DNA from: a virus | Taxonomy: Duplodnaviria > Caudoviricetes | Reading direction: 5' to 3' (one strand) | IMG/VR virus record: IMGVR_UViG_3300044297_000148 | Span: 1 to 61,426 of that record | DNA length: 61,426 nucleotides | In this document: piece by piece, positions 15,641-25,774 of the stretch | How the letters are laid out: every line of letters begins with the position of its first letter | Position numbering within the stretch: position 1 is the first letter of the stretch | Notes under the pieces: model-generated | Databases searched by the model: none | Told to the model about the DNA's origin: nothing | The model's input: only the letters and a program-made list of their open reading frames with translations | Position numbers and translations under genes: made by a program

Positions 15641-16285
15641 TTGCAAAGCCAACCTGAGCCTTTACTGGTGCACCCAGAGCCCAACGTGGCTCCTGATCCG
15701 GTGTCCCTGAAATCGATGTCGCTCTTTGAGCGGGCGCATCTTGCGTGCAGCACCATCAAGGCGCTTTTCCCCGAGGACTATGAGTGCCCACCCGACGAGG
15801 CCGAACAGCAATACGCACGCTCGGCTTTCACTTCAATCGTCGGTGTCGACCCCGACAAGGGCGAAAAAGTACCCACTCCCAAGGAGTTCACCCCGGACTT
15901 CTCCGCGCCTGCGCTGCGCATGCTCGATACCCTTCTTTCCGAGTACGACAAGGAGTTGGTCAATAGCGCTGCACGCATCCGGGAGTACGTGAAGAACAAG
16001 CTCCTTGAGGAATCAAGCAACCCGGACGGGAAAATCAGGATCAGGGCACTTGAACTGCTTGGCAAGATGCGTGATGTCGGCCTTTTCAGCGACCGCATTG
16101 AAATTACGCACAAATCCAAGTCTGACGACGAACTGACTGACGAATTGACCAAGAAAATAGAGCACTTCATGGGCGATGCCGTGCTCGTTGACCCCGATAG
16201 CGACGAGAACCCGGAGGATGAAGACGAAGAAGACCGGCCCCTGTCCTCTGCCAAGCACCTGCAGATTGAATCGATCCTTTCCTGA
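15641..16285 (+). CDS. terS: Terminase small subunit (putative; start uncertain)
   Basis: Directly upstream of TerL; RIRALELLGK...GLF motif. Confidence 0.65.
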   Translation: MQSQPEPLLVHPEPNVAPDPVSLKSMSLFERAHLACSTIKALFPEDYECPPDEAEQQYARSAFTSIVGVDPDKGEKVPTPKEFTPDFSAPALRMLDTLLSEYDKELVNSAARIREYVKNKLLEESSNPDGKIRIRALELLGKMRDVGLFSDRIEITHKSKSDDELTDELTKKIEHFMGDAVLVDPDSDENPEDEDEEDRPLSSAKHLQIESILS

Positions 16286-16293
16286 CGCCAAAA

Positions 16294-17886
16294 GTGTCCT
16301 TGCAACTTACCCCGCAGGTGCTCGAACAGGTCAAGAAAAACCTGCACAAGCTCAATCCGGCACAGAAAACGCAGATTCTTGAGTTGATCGACGAGTTGGA
16401 GACGCGAAAAGCGGTCAAGCGCGCCCGGGTAAGCCTGCTTTCCTTCATCTGCCACATCGATCCGAACTACAAAGTCGGTGCCCACCACCGCAAACTGGCC
16501 TCTTTGCTTGAGGACCTTGCTTTTGGCCGCAAGGATCGCATCGCCGTCAACATCGCACCCCGGTTTGGCAAGTCCCTGATGGTGTCGATCTACTTCCCGG
16601 CGTGGTTTCTGGGGCTTTTTCCCGATAAAAAGGTGATGATGGTGTCCCACACGGCGGATCTTGCCGTGGATTTTGGCCGCAAGGTGCGTAACCTGATCGC
16701 AAGCGCTGCCTACCAGTCCATTTTCGGCGGTGATGACGGGGTGCAACTCAGTCAGGACTCAAAAAGCGCCGGTCGCTGGCACACAAACCATGGCGGTGAG
16801 TATTTTGCGGTAGGTGTGGGCGGTGCCATTGCCGGTCGCGGTGCTGACCTTCTCTTGGTGGATGACCCGCACAATGAGCAAGACATCATCAACGGCAATC
16901 TGGATGTCTTTGACAAGGCATATGAGTGGTTCACCAGCGGTGCTCGCACCCGTTTGATGCCTTCAGGAAGGGTGGCAATCGTACAGACCCGCTGGGCGTT
17001 GAACGACCTGACGGGACGCCTGACAAAAGACATGGTGATGAACGAGGGGGCTGACCAGTACGAGGTGGTTGAGTTCCCGGCGGTGCTTGAGAAGGAAGAA
17101 GAAGACAGCGAAGGCAACTTGCAGGTTATCCAGAAGTCCCTGTGGCCCGAGCAATGGCCCCTTGAGGCGCTGCTTCGTACCAAGGCGTCGATGCCCACCT
17201 ACCAGTGGAACGCCCAGTACCAGCAAAACCCCACCAGCGAGGAAGGGGCCATCGTCAAGCGCGAGTGGTGGCGCATATGGCAGGAAGACATCCCTCCGAT
17301 GTGTGACTTCATCATCCAGTCTTGGGACACGGCCTTTGAGAAGCACAACCGCGCTGACTTCTCCGCCTGCACGACGTGGGGGGTATGGTGGCCGGAGAAA
17401 GAGCCCAACGACGGCACCACGGGCAGTGCCAACATCATCCTTCTGGACTCTTTCAAGGACCGCATGGAGTTTCCAGAACTCAAGGCCGTTGCCTTCAAGC
17501 ACTACACCGAATGGAACCTTGAATCCCGCCCGGTGAGCCTGATCGTGGAGAAGAAAGCCTCCGGTGCCCCGCTTATCTATGAGCTTCGTGCCATGGGCAT
17601 TCCGGTGCAGGAGTTCACCCCGAGCAAGGGCAACGACAAGATTTCGCGCCTGAACGCGGTATCGGACCTGTTTGCAAGCGGCATGATCTGGGCTCCGCAG
17701 ACGCGCTGGGCCGAGGAAGTAATCGATGAGGTGGCAAGCTTTCCCGCCGGGGACCATGACGATCTGGTTGACGCCACTACACTTGCGCTCATGCGCTTTC
17801 GGCAAGGCGGCTTTGTGCGTCTGGGCAGTGACTACAAAGACCCGGTGCGCCAATTCAAGTCCCGGCGTGGAGCCGGGTACTACTAG
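16294..17886 (+). CDS. terL: Terminase large subunit
   Basis: APRFGKS Walker A, LLLVDDP Walker B, SWDTA and HDDLVDA RNase H-like nuclease motifs. Confidence 0.95.
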   Translation: MSLQLTPQVLEQVKKNLHKLNPAQKTQILELIDELETRKAVKRARVSLLSFICHIDPNYKVGAHHRKLASLLEDLAFGRKDRIAVNIAPRFGKSLMVSIYFPAWFLGLFPDKKVMMVSHTADLAVDFGRKVRNLIASAAYQSIFGGDDGVQLSQDSKSAGRWHTNHGGEYFAVGVGGAIAGRGADLLLVDDPHNEQDIINGNLDVFDKAYEWFTSGARTRLMPSGRVAIVQTRWALNDLTGRLTKDMVMNEGADQYEVVEFPAVLEKEEEDSEGNLQVIQKSLWPEQWPLEALLRTKASMPTYQWNAQYQQNPTSEEGAIVKREWWRIWQEDIPPMCDFIIQSWDTAFEKHNRADFSACTTWGVWWPEKEPNDGTTGSANIILLDSFKDRMEFPELKAVAFKHYTEWNLESRPVSLIVEKKASGAPLIYELRAMGIPVQEFTPSKGNDKISRLNAVSDLFASGMIWAPQTRWAEEVIDEVASFPAGDHDDLVDATTLALMRFRQGGFVRLGSDYKDPVRQFKSRRGAGYY

Positions 17887-17895
17887 GAGAATTCG

Positions 17896-20310
17896 ATGGC
17901 AACCAACATGGATAAGGCTCTCTACGAGGCCCCGCAGGGCATTGAGTCACTGGCGCAGGAAAACCCCGCCATAGAGATTGAAATTGAAGATCCCGAGAGC
18001 GTGCGCATTGACGCAGATGGGTTGGAGATTGAGATTTCCAAGGAAAGCGAGGTTGCGGGGGATTTCGATGAGAATCTTGCGCAAGTGCTGCCCGAATCGA
18101 CCCTTGCCACCCTTGCAAGCGACCTGCTTGGTGATTACGAGGCGGACCTTTCGAGCCGCAAGGACTGGCTGGATACCTACGTTCGCGGGTTGAAGCTTCT
18201 GGGCCTGAAGTACGAAGAGCGCACCGAGCCTTGGCCGGGGGCTTGCGGGGTGTTCCATCCGCTGCTCATGGAGAGCGCGGTCAAGTTCCAGTCCGAGACG
18301 ATCATGGAGACATTCCCCGCGATGGGTCCTGTCAAGACCCTGATCGTCGGCAAGGAAACCCCGGAGAAGAAAGACGCCGCCATCCGTGTGCAGGATGACA
18401 TGAACTACGAATTGACCGAGGTGATGAAGGAGTATCGCCCCGAGCACGAGCGCATGCTGATCAACCTGTGCCTTTCGGGCAATGCGTTCAAGAAGATCTA
18501 CTACGACCCCTCGCTTGAGCGCCAGACGGCGATGTTCATCCCGGCAGAAGACATCGTGGTGCCCTATGGTGCGGCCAACCTTGAATCAGCCGAGCGCGTC
18601 ACTCACCGCATGCGAAAGACCAAGAACGAGTTGGTGAAGTTGCAGTACGCCGGGTTCTACCGGGACATCGATCTTGGCGAGCCCGCCCATGTGATGGATG
18701 AGGTGGAGAAGCAAAAAGCCCTTGAGCAGGGATTCAACGCGAGTGTCGACAACCGTTTTCAGGTTCTGGAGATGCACGTCAACCTTGATCTTGCAAACTA
18801 CGAAGACAAGGACAAGGACGGTAACCTCACGGGCATCGCGCTTCCCTACGTCGTCACTATCGAGAAAGGCACCCAGACCGTACTTGCGGTCTATCGTAAC
18901 TGGGAAGAAAACGACCGCCTGAAGGCAAGACGCCAGCACTTTGTGCATTACGGCTACATCCCGGGATTCGGGTTCTACTACTTCGGGCTTATCCACCTGA
19001 TTGGCGGGCACGCCAAAGCTTCCACTTCGCTGCTTCGCCAGCTTGTCGATGCAGGCACCCTTGCCAACCTGCCCGGAGGGTTGAAGAGCCGGGGGCTTCG
19101 CATCAAGGGCGATGACACCCCGATTGCACCGGGTGAGTTTCGTGATGTGGACGTGCCAAGTGGGGCAATCCGCGACAACATCCTGCCGCTTCCCTACAAG
19201 GAGCCAAGCCAAGTCCTGATGACCCTGATGGACAAGATCGTGATCGACGGCCAGAAGTTTGCCGCCACTGCCGAATTGAATGTCTCGGATATGTCGGCAC
19301 AGGCTCCTGTCGGTACCACTCTTGCCATCCTTGAGCGCATCCTGAAGGTCATGTCCGCTGTACAGGCGCGCATCCACTACGCGATGAAGCAGGAGTTCAA
19401 GCTTCTCAAGGGGATCATCCGGGATAACACCCCCACCGAGTACAGCTACCAGCCCGAGACGGGCAATCGCAAGGCCAAGCAGTCTGACTACGACGCGGTT
19501 GATGTCATCCCGGTGTCAGACCCCAACGCGGCCACGATGGCACAGAAGGTAGTGCAGTACCAAGCGGTGTTCCAGATGGCGCAGTCGGCTCCGCAACTGT
19601 ATGACATGGCTTACCTGCACAGGCAGATGATCGAGACACTGGGTGTGAAGAACGCCTCCAAGATCGTACCCATGCCCGAGGACATGAAGCCTGTCGACCC
19701 GGTGAGCGAGAACATGGCGATCCTCACAGGCAAGCCTGTCAAGGCGTTCATCATCCAAGACCATGACGCCCATATCGCCACCCACATGGCAATGATGCAG
19801 GACCCCAAGATCGCCGCGATGATCGGCCAATCCCCCATGGCGCAGCAGATGCAGGCTGCTGTCATGGCCCACGTCGCGGAGCACCTTGCGTTTGCCTATC
19901 GTGCCGGTATCGAGCGCCAGCTTGGTGCGGCGCTTCCGCCTCCGCCTGACAAGGATCAGGACAACCTGCTCTCGCCTGAACTGGAAGTCCAGCTTGCTCC
20001 GCTTGTTGCACAGGCTGCACAGCAGCTTCTTACCCAGAACCGCGCCCAAGCCGCGCAGCAGCAGATCCAGCAACAGATGCAAGACCCCCTCATCCAGATG
20101 CAGCAAGAGGAGCTTGCCATCAAGAAAGCCGAGGTCAGCCGCAAGGCAACCAAGGACCAAGCCGACACCATCATCCGCGAAAAGGAGCTTGCCATACGGG
20201 AACAGGAAGTCGCCAACAAGACCCATACCGAGGGGGTTCGCATCGGGCTTGATGCCGCAAAGCACCGCGATCAGATGGCCCGTCCACAACCAGCAGGAAA
20301 AACCCAATAA
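17896..20310 (+). CDS. Portal protein (P22-like, long C-terminal coiled coil)
   Basis: 804 aa directly after TerL; GNAFKKIYYD motif; Gln-rich tail. Confidence 0.9.
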   Translation: MATNMDKALYEAPQGIESLAQENPAIEIEIEDPESVRIDADGLEIEISKESEVAGDFDENLAQVLPESTLATLASDLLGDYEADLSSRKDWLDTYVRGLKLLGLKYEERTEPWPGACGVFHPLLMESAVKFQSETIMETFPAMGPVKTLIVGKETPEKKDAAIRVQDDMNYELTEVMKEYRPEHERMLINLCLSGNAFKKIYYDPSLERQTAMFIPAEDIVVPYGAANLESAERVTHRMRKTKNELVKLQYAGFYRDIDLGEPAHVMDEVEKQKALEQGFNASVDNRFQVLEMHVNLDLANYEDKDKDGNLTGIALPYVVTIEKGTQTVLAVYRNWEENDRLKARRQHFVHYGYIPGFGFYYFGLIHLIGGHAKASTSLLRQLVDAGTLANLPGGLKSRGLRIKGDDTPIAPGEFRDVDVPSGAIRDNILPLPYKEPSQVLMTLMDKIVIDGQKFAATAELNVSDMSAQAPVGTTLAILERILKVMSAVQARIHYAMKQEFKLLKGIIRDNTPTEYSYQPETGNRKAKQSDYDAVDVIPVSDPNAATMAQKVVQYQAVFQMAQSAPQLYDMAYLHRQMIETLGVKNASKIVPMPEDMKPVDPVSENMAILTGKPVKAFIIQDHDAHIATHMAMMQDPKIAAMIGQSPMAQQMQAAVMAHVAEHLAFAYRAGIERQLGAALPPPPDKDQDNLLSPELEVQLAPLVAQAAQQLLTQNRAQAAQQQIQQQMQDPLIQMQQEELAIKKAEVSRKATKDQADTIIREKELAIREQEVANKTHTEGVRIGLDAAKHRDQMARPQPAGKTQ

Positions 20311-20319
20311 GGGGTACTA

Positions 20320-20514
20320 ATGGATTTCGCAGAAGCCCTGCGCAAAGCAATCCGTGATGACATGAACAACTACGCCGATGACATCGCCGGTGGTGGTTGC
20401 GGTTCTTTCGAGAATTATCGTTACCTCTGCGGGGTAGTTCGGGGTCTCGCCCAAGCAGAGCGCCATCTCCTTGACCTCCAACAATCCGCTGAGGAAGCGC
20501 AAGACCATGAGTGA
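20320..20514 (+). CDS. Small hypothetical protein
   Basis: YRYLCGVVRGL motif; sits between portal and GroES. Confidence 0.7.
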   Translation: MDFAEALRKAIRDDMNNYADDIAGGGCGSFENYRYLCGVVRGLAQAERHLLDLQQSAEEAQDHE

Positions 20515-20887
20515 TGTCAACGTCGAACTGACGCAGGAAGAAGCAGCAGAGAAAGCAAAGCAGGTTCCGGTTCCCAAGGGCTACAAGATTCTTTGCATGG
20601 TCCCGCATGTAGAGGATCAGTTCTCCAACGGGATCGCCAAAGCCGATTCAACCAAATCCATTGAGGAGCACAGCACGCTGGTGCTCTTTGTAGTGGAACT
20701 TGGTGACCTGGCCTACAGGGATCCTGAGAAATTCCCGACCGGTGCTTGGTGCAAGAAAGGCGATTTTGTTCTGGTCCGGGCCTATTCCGGTACCCGCTTC
20801 AAGATCCACGGGCGTGAATTTCGCATCATCAACGACGACACGGTTGACGCGGTGGTGGATGACCCGCGCGGCCTTACTCGCGCATAG
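20507..20887 (+). CDS. GroES-like co-chaperonin
   Basis: PKGYKILC...GIA...VVELG...KKGDFVLV..YSGT.FKI.G.EFRIINDD.V.AVV. Confidence 0.85.
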   Translation: MSDVNVELTQEEAAEKAKQVPVPKGYKILCMVPHVEDQFSNGIAKADSTKSIEEHSTLVLFVVELGDLAYRDPEKFPTGAWCKKGDFVLVRAYSGTRFKIHGREFRIINDDTVDAVVDDPRGLTRA

Positions 20888-20895
20888 GAGAGACC

Positions 20896-21879
20896 ATGGC
20901 TGCACAACCTGATCTGCAGGAATTCAAGTTTCCTGACGAAGTAGAACCTCCCAAGGACGAGGTAAACACCGTTACACTGACCGACCCCAAGGAGCTTGAA
21001 GTTGAAGTAGTGGATGACACCCCGCCGCAGGACCGCGACCGCGCTCCCATGCCCAAGGAAGTCGTGCAGGAGCTTGAGGACGATGACCTTGAGGAGTATT
21101 CCGAAAAGGTGAAAAAGCGCCTGTCCCAGATGAAAAAAGTCTGGCATGACGAGCGCCGGGAAAAGGAACGCGCCCTTCGGGAACGCGAGGAAGCCCTCAA
21201 CTATGCCGCCGCCCTTGACCGCAAGGCAAAGGAGCTTCAAAAGCGTATCGGCCACGGTGAGCAGCTTTTCGCCACCGAGATGACCAAGGCGGCGACCAAT
21301 GACATTGCCGCTGCCAAGGAGCGCTTGAAGAAAGCCTACGAGGCGGGGGAACCCGACCAGATTGCAGATGCGCAGGAAGCCCTGACCGATGCCAAGCTGC
21401 GCTTGCGTGAATATGAGAAAAGCAAAACCACTGGACAACCTGAAGAAACCAGTGTACAAGCTGCAACTGAACAAGTACCAGCACCCCGTCAGGTAGTTGA
21501 CCCCAAAGCTGAGGCTTGGAGACAACGCAATACTTGGTTCGGCGTGGACAGGGCGATGACCGGCTTTGCTCTGGGCTTGCACGAAGATTTGGTCAACTCG
21601 GGTGTAGACCCTCGCAGCGACGCCTACTACAAACAGGTAGACGAAACGATGCGAAAGACCTTCCCTGCTCGGTTTGAAACCGAGGAGACGGTCGTCACGA
21701 AGGTTGAGGAAAAACCCAGCCCTCGCACAAAGCCACCAGTCGTAGCTTCGGTGTCGCGTTCTACTGCGCCAACCCGCATCCGTCTTACGCAGACTCAGGT
21801 TGCCCTTGCAAAGAAGCTTGGGTTGACTCCTGAAGCGTATGCCAACGAGCTTATCAAACTGGGAAATTACAATGGCTAA
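20896..21879 (+). CDS. Capsid scaffolding protein (putative)
   Basis: Acidic coiled coil; C-terminal LTQTQVALAKKLGLTPEAYA; position before the capsid genes. Confidence 0.7.
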   Translation: MAAQPDLQEFKFPDEVEPPKDEVNTVTLTDPKELEVEVVDDTPPQDRDRAPMPKEVVQELEDDDLEEYSEKVKKRLSQMKKVWHDERREKERALREREEALNYAAALDRKAKELQKRIGHGEQLFATEMTKAATNDIAAAKERLKKAYEAGEPDQIADAQEALTDAKLRLREYEKSKTTGQPEETSVQAATEQVPAPRQVVDPKAEAWRQRNTWFGVDRAMTGFALGLHEDLVNSGVDPRSDAYYKQVDETMRKTFPARFETEETVVTKVEEKPSPRTKPPVVASVSRSTAPTRIRLTQTQVALAKKLGLTPEAYANELIKLGNYNG

Positions 21880-22345
21880 TGACCAAGCTGGAACCAGACT
21901 TACTCGTGATCTGAACACCCGTGATATGACCCAACGGCCCCAGACATGGATGCCGCCTCAGTCACTTCCTGAGCCTTCCCCGCGTCCGGGTTGGGTTCAT
22001 CGCTGGATTCGGACGAGCTTGATGGGGCAAAACGACCCTACCAACGCCTCCGCAAAAATGCGTGAAGGATGGGAACCCGTTCGTGCGGAAGACTATCCTG
22101 AGTTGATGTTCACCCCCACGGGCAACCCCGCCAACTCCCGTTTCAAAGACAACGTGGAAATCGGTGGTCTTGTCCTGTGTAAGGCTCCTGAAGGTCTGAT
22201 GAAGCAGCGCGCGGAATTCTACGCAAAGCAGACTCAAGCCCAAGCCGAAGCGGTGGATAACAACTTGATGCGCCAGAACGATGCGCGCATGCCTCTCTTT
22301 GCCGAGAAGCGTTCGTCAACTTCGTTCGGGCGAGGTACCAAATAA
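21872..22345 (+). CDS. Head-module hypothetical protein
   Basis: PRPGWVHRWIR...REGWEPV...GGLVLCK. Confidence 0.75.
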   Translation: MANDQAGTRLTRDLNTRDMTQRPQTWMPPQSLPEPSPRPGWVHRWIRTSLMGQNDPTNASAKMREGWEPVRAEDYPELMFTPTGNPANSRFKDNVEIGGLVLCKAPEGLMKQRAEFYAKQTQAQAEAVDNNLMRQNDARMPLFAEKRSSTSFGRGTK

Positions 22346-22372
22346 CCCTTTCTTTGAATCTAGGAGCTAAAA

Positions 22373-22984
22373 ATGGCGTATCCGACCGTTAGTGCTCCGT
22401 ATGGCTTTCGTCCCGTCAACCTGCTTGGTGGCCGCGTTTTCGCGGGTTCCACCCGGCAAATGGCGATTCAGAACGCCCACGGAACTAACATTTTCTACGG
22501 CGATGTCGTGATCCTGTCCTCCAATGGCTGCATTACCGGTGCTGTCCTGACCGCAACTGCCGTCAACGTGGCGGGCGTTTTCCTTGGCTGTTCGTTCATC
22601 AACAGCAGCGGCCAGCGTGTTTATTCGCAGTATTTCCCGTCTGGCACGACCGGTACGGTTGATACTTCGACGGGTATCACGGCCTATGTTGCTGATGATC
22701 CTCAAGTGCTGATGAAGGTTGCCATTGTGTCCAGTGGTACGACGATCAGCGGTCGCACCCGTGATGTCGTGGGTGAGAACGTGGCGATTGTCTACAACAC
22801 GGGCAGCACGGTGACTGGCGACGGCGCTGCTGGCGTTTCGTCGGTGGGTGCTACCACCACGACTCTGCCGCTTCGGGTGGTCGATGTGGTTCCTGAGACG
22901 GTCAACTCTTCGGGTTCGTTCACCGAAGTGATCGTCATGTGGAATCCGACGATCAATATGTACACCTCCAGTTCTGGCGTCTAA
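22373..22984 (+). CDS. Minor capsid / decoration protein (putative)
   Basis: Beta-rich, directly before MCP; AGGAG RBS. Confidence 0.6.
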   Translation: MAYPTVSAPYGFRPVNLLGGRVFAGSTRQMAIQNAHGTNIFYGDVVILSSNGCITGAVLTATAVNVAGVFLGCSFINSSGQRVYSQYFPSGTTGTVDTSTGITAYVADDPQVLMKVAIVSSGTTISGRTRDVVGENVAIVYNTGSTVTGDGAAGVSSVGATTTTLPLRVVDVVPETVNSSGSFTEVIVMWNPTINMYTSSSGV

Positions 22985-22995
22985 GGGGATAAACC

Positions 22996-23910
22996 ATGGC
23001 TATTTCACGCGCACAGCTACTGAAAGAGCTTCTCCCCGGACTGAATGCCCTGTTCGGGATGGAGTACAAGCGATACGGCGAAGAGCACAAGGAAGTGTAC
23101 GAAACCGAAAGCTCCGAGCGTTCGTTTGAAGAAGAAACCAAGCTGTCGGGCTTCAGCGCAGCGCCTGTCAAGAACGAAGGCAACGCGATTGCGTATGACA
23201 ATGCGCAGGAAGCTTGGACGGCTCGCTACCAGCACGAGACTATCGCCCTTGGGTTCTCGCTGACCGAAGAGGCGATTGAGGACAACCTGTATGACAGCCT
23301 CTCGGCTCGTTATACCAAGGCCCTTGCTCGTGCGATGGCGTACACCAAGCAGGTGAAAGCGGCGAACGTGCTGAACAACGCCTTTGCGGCCTCTGGCTAC
23401 AACGGTGGTGACGGCGTTTCGCTGTGCAATACTGCTCACCCGCTGGTGTCTGGTGGTACGAACAGCAACACCTTCACGACCCAATCGGACCTGAACGAAA
23501 CCTCCCTTGAGGCGGCAACGATTCAGATCGCGGGTTGGACCGATGAGCGTGGCCTGCTGATCGCCGCCCGCCCCCGCAAGCTTGTTGTTCCTCCGGCCCT
23601 GATGTTCGTTGCCAAGCGACTGCTCGACACGGAACTGCGTGTTGGCACGACTGACAACGACATCAACGCGCTGAAGGCAATGGGTACGGTGGCGGAAGGT
23701 TTCACCATCAACCACTTCCTGACGGACACCAACGGCTGGTTCCTGACCACCGATGTGCCCAACGGACTTAAGCACTTTGTTCGGATGCCGCTGCAGAACT
23801 CGATGGATGGAGACTTCGACACCGGCAACGTCCGCTACAAGGCGCGCGAGCGCTACTCGTTTGGCTGGAGTGACCCGCTCGGTATCTTCGGTTCGAGCGG
23901 TTCGTCCTAA
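22996..23910 (+). CDS. Major capsid protein (Mu gpT-like HK97 fold)
   Basis: MAISRAQLLKELLPGLNALFG...LVVPPAL...YKARERYSFGWSDP; followed by a terminator. Confidence 0.9.
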   Translation: MAISRAQLLKELLPGLNALFGMEYKRYGEEHKEVYETESSERSFEEETKLSGFSAAPVKNEGNAIAYDNAQEAWTARYQHETIALGFSLTEEAIEDNLYDSLSARYTKALARAMAYTKQVKAANVLNNAFAASGYNGGDGVSLCNTAHPLVSGGTNSNTFTTQSDLNETSLEAATIQIAGWTDERGLLIAARPRKLVVPPALMFVAKRLLDTELRVGTTDNDINALKAMGTVAEGFTINHFLTDTNGWFLTTDVPNGLKHFVRMPLQNSMDGDFDTGNVRYKARERYSFGWSDPLGIFGSSGSS

Positions 23911-23930
23911 AAATCAAGCACTTGCAGTAC

Positions 23931-23963
23931 AAAAGGCCCGGCAACCCCGGGCCTTTTCTTTTT
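23931..23963 (+). terminator. Rho-independent terminator after MCP
   Basis: AAAAGGCCCGG-CAACC-CCGGGCCTTTT then a T-rich run. Confidence 0.85.
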
Positions 23964-23964
23964 C

Positions 23965-23993
23965 TTGACGTTTGGGCCTCCATAAAGTACATT
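23965..23993 (+). promoter_or_regulatory. Promoter for the HNH gene
   Basis: TTGACG-17 nt-TACATT. Confidence 0.55.
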
Positions 23994-24023
23994 CCCTGTT
24001 ACTAAGTCTCTTAGAGGGAAACT

Positions 24024-24623
24024 ATGGACATCGCCAAAATGCCCCGTACCCGTAAGGAAGCCCAAACGCTGGGGGCCAAATACTATTTCACTGGAGAGCC
24101 GTGCAAGCACGGGCACATCGCCCCGCGTAAGACCAAAGGAGCCTGTGTTGAATGTCTTAAGGCCGAATGGGCTAAGGCAGCGGGGGATCGCGCGGATTAC
24201 TTCCGTGAGTACAACCAGCGTACCGAAGTAAAAGAGGCCAAACATGAATGGTACGTAGCTAACCATGAGCAAGTGAAAGAAAGCGCCAAAATACGACCCG
24301 CCCATGTTCGGAGGGTGTATCAGGCTGCATGGAAAAAAAGAAATGTTGTATGGGTCCGTGCGGATACCAAAGCCCGCCGCCGCAAACACCGTGCGGCTAC
24401 CCCACCTTGGCTGACCCGCGCCCAAAAGTCCGAGATACGCCAGCTTTACCAAATCGCAATCACCATGACCAAGACCACCGGGGAGCAGTACGTGGTTGAC
24501 CACATCATCCCGTTGCGAGGGGAGGATGTCTGTGGGTTGCATGTGCCGTGGAATCTACGGGTGGTTACTCAGAAAGAGAATCTGGAAAAGTCTAACAAGT
24601 TGGTTGACACCCCTCCAACCTGA
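24024..24623 (+). CDS. Free-standing HNH endonuclease
   Basis: YFTGEPCKHGH...CVEC N-domain; VDHIIPL...GLHVPWNL...EN. Confidence 0.9.
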   Translation: MDIAKMPRTRKEAQTLGAKYYFTGEPCKHGHIAPRKTKGACVECLKAEWAKAAGDRADYFREYNQRTEVKEAKHEWYVANHEQVKESAKIRPAHVRRVYQAAWKKRNVVWVRADTKARRRKHRAATPPWLTRAQKSEIRQLYQIAITMTKTTGEQYVVDHIIPLRGEDVCGLHVPWNLRVVTQKENLEKSNKLVDTPPT

Positions 24624-24632
24624 GCGTATAAC
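24604..24632 (+). promoter_or_regulatory. Promoter at the HNH 3' end
   Basis: TTGACA-17 nt-TATAAC. Confidence 0.65.
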
Positions 24633-24644
24633 GCCTTTCAAGAC

Positions 24645-24717
24645 CAAGACTTTTTAGCCATTCCAGCCCGCTTGGGGGACGATGCACCGATGGAATGGCG
24701 ATCTTGTGCATAAGGAG
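24645..24717 (+). promoter_or_regulatory. Candidate cis-regulatory RNA (hairpin + pseudoknot next to RBS)
   Basis: GCCATTCCA/TGGAATGGC stem; loop ATGCAC is complementary to GTGCAT directly 5' of AAGGAG. Confidence 0.5.
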
Positions 24718-24723
24718 ATTTCA

Positions 24724-25251
24724 ATGGGATTCGCTACCCATCTTGGTCCGTGGCTGCTTGGCACGATCAAGAACACGACCGGTACCACTGTCGGCACCAA
24801 CGTCGCTAATACCGGCAACACGATTGTCGAGCAGACTTTCAAGAAAGACTACACGGGTCTGACCACTGCAGGTCGCACGGACACTGTTGCGGTTCTTCCG
24901 GCTGGCTCGATCATTGTCGATATCAAGATTGACACGCTGGTTGCGTTCACGGGTTCCACTGCTGCCAACATGACCCTTGGCGATGGCACGACGGCCAACC
25001 TCTTCTGGGCTTCGACCGATATCACTTCGCAAGGCCGTCTGGCGTACACCAACGCTGCTACCAAGCTCGCCAACTGGTTTGGCGCGGCAACCACCGCTGC
25101 TCCGGCGGGTAAGGGCATTGGCGCTACTGACGTAGCTGTTGTTGCGACGCTGACCCCCACTGTTGCTTCGGTGACGGCTGGTACGGTGCAGTACACGATC
25201 ATCTACGCGGTGAACGGTCCTGACGGCGCGCCTGATCCGGCTTCGGCTTAA
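24724..25251 (+). CDS. Virion structural protein (Thr-rich, beta-rich)
   Basis: AAGGAG RBS before ATG 24724 (MGFATHLGPW). Confidence 0.7.
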   Translation: MGFATHLGPWLLGTIKNTTGTTVGTNVANTGNTIVEQTFKKDYTGLTTAGRTDTVAVLPAGSIIVDIKIDTLVAFTGSTAANMTLGDGTTANLFWASTDITSQGRLAYTNAATKLANWFGAATTAAPAGKGIGATDVAVVATLTPTVASVTAGTVQYTIIYAVNGPDGAPDPASA

Positions 25252-25273
25252 TTTCTAACGGAGGTTAGCAGTC

Positions 25274-25771
25274 ATGCAAACCGACGTTAAATCAGGACAC
25301 CTCAACGCAAGCGGGTTCATCTATACCCAACGCACTCGTTTGAAGGGCCTTATTGCTGTAGGTAGCGGTACCGCTGGAACCGTGAATGTGTGGGACACCA
25401 CAAGTGCCCCCACTTCGGTGACATACGGGCGTTCTGGTACCACGATTACCATTACGCACAGCGCCCACGGGCTGCAGACCGGTCAATCGATTGGGTTGAC
25501 GTTCGCTGCGGGTACCGGCGGTACTGCTACCAATGGCAATTACATTGTCACGGTCGTTGATGCCAACTCCTACACGGTAACTGACATCAACTCTGGCAGT
25601 ATCACTGCCGGGGCTGCGGCTACCGAGGGGGTTCGTTGGCTTACTTCTACTGACAGTGCCAATAACTCGGGGGTCACCACGCTCCTGATCCCAAGCGAAG
25701 GTGTGCTTGCCTTCAACGGCATCTACCTTCAGATTTCCAACCAGACCGGTGTAACGGTTTTCTACGGGTGA
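25274..25771 (+). CDS. Virion structural protein
   Basis: GGAGG RBS; contains a small beta insert (ITITHSAHGL...NGNYIVTVVDANSYT). Confidence 0.7.
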   Translation: MQTDVKSGHLNASGFIYTQRTRLKGLIAVGSGTAGTVNVWDTTSAPTSVTYGRSGTTITITHSAHGLQTGQSIGLTFAAGTGGTATNGNYIVTVVDANSYTVTDINSGSITAGAAATEGVRWLTSTDSANNSGVTTLLIPSEGVLAFNGIYLQISNQTGVTVFYG

Positions 25772-25774
25772 TTT

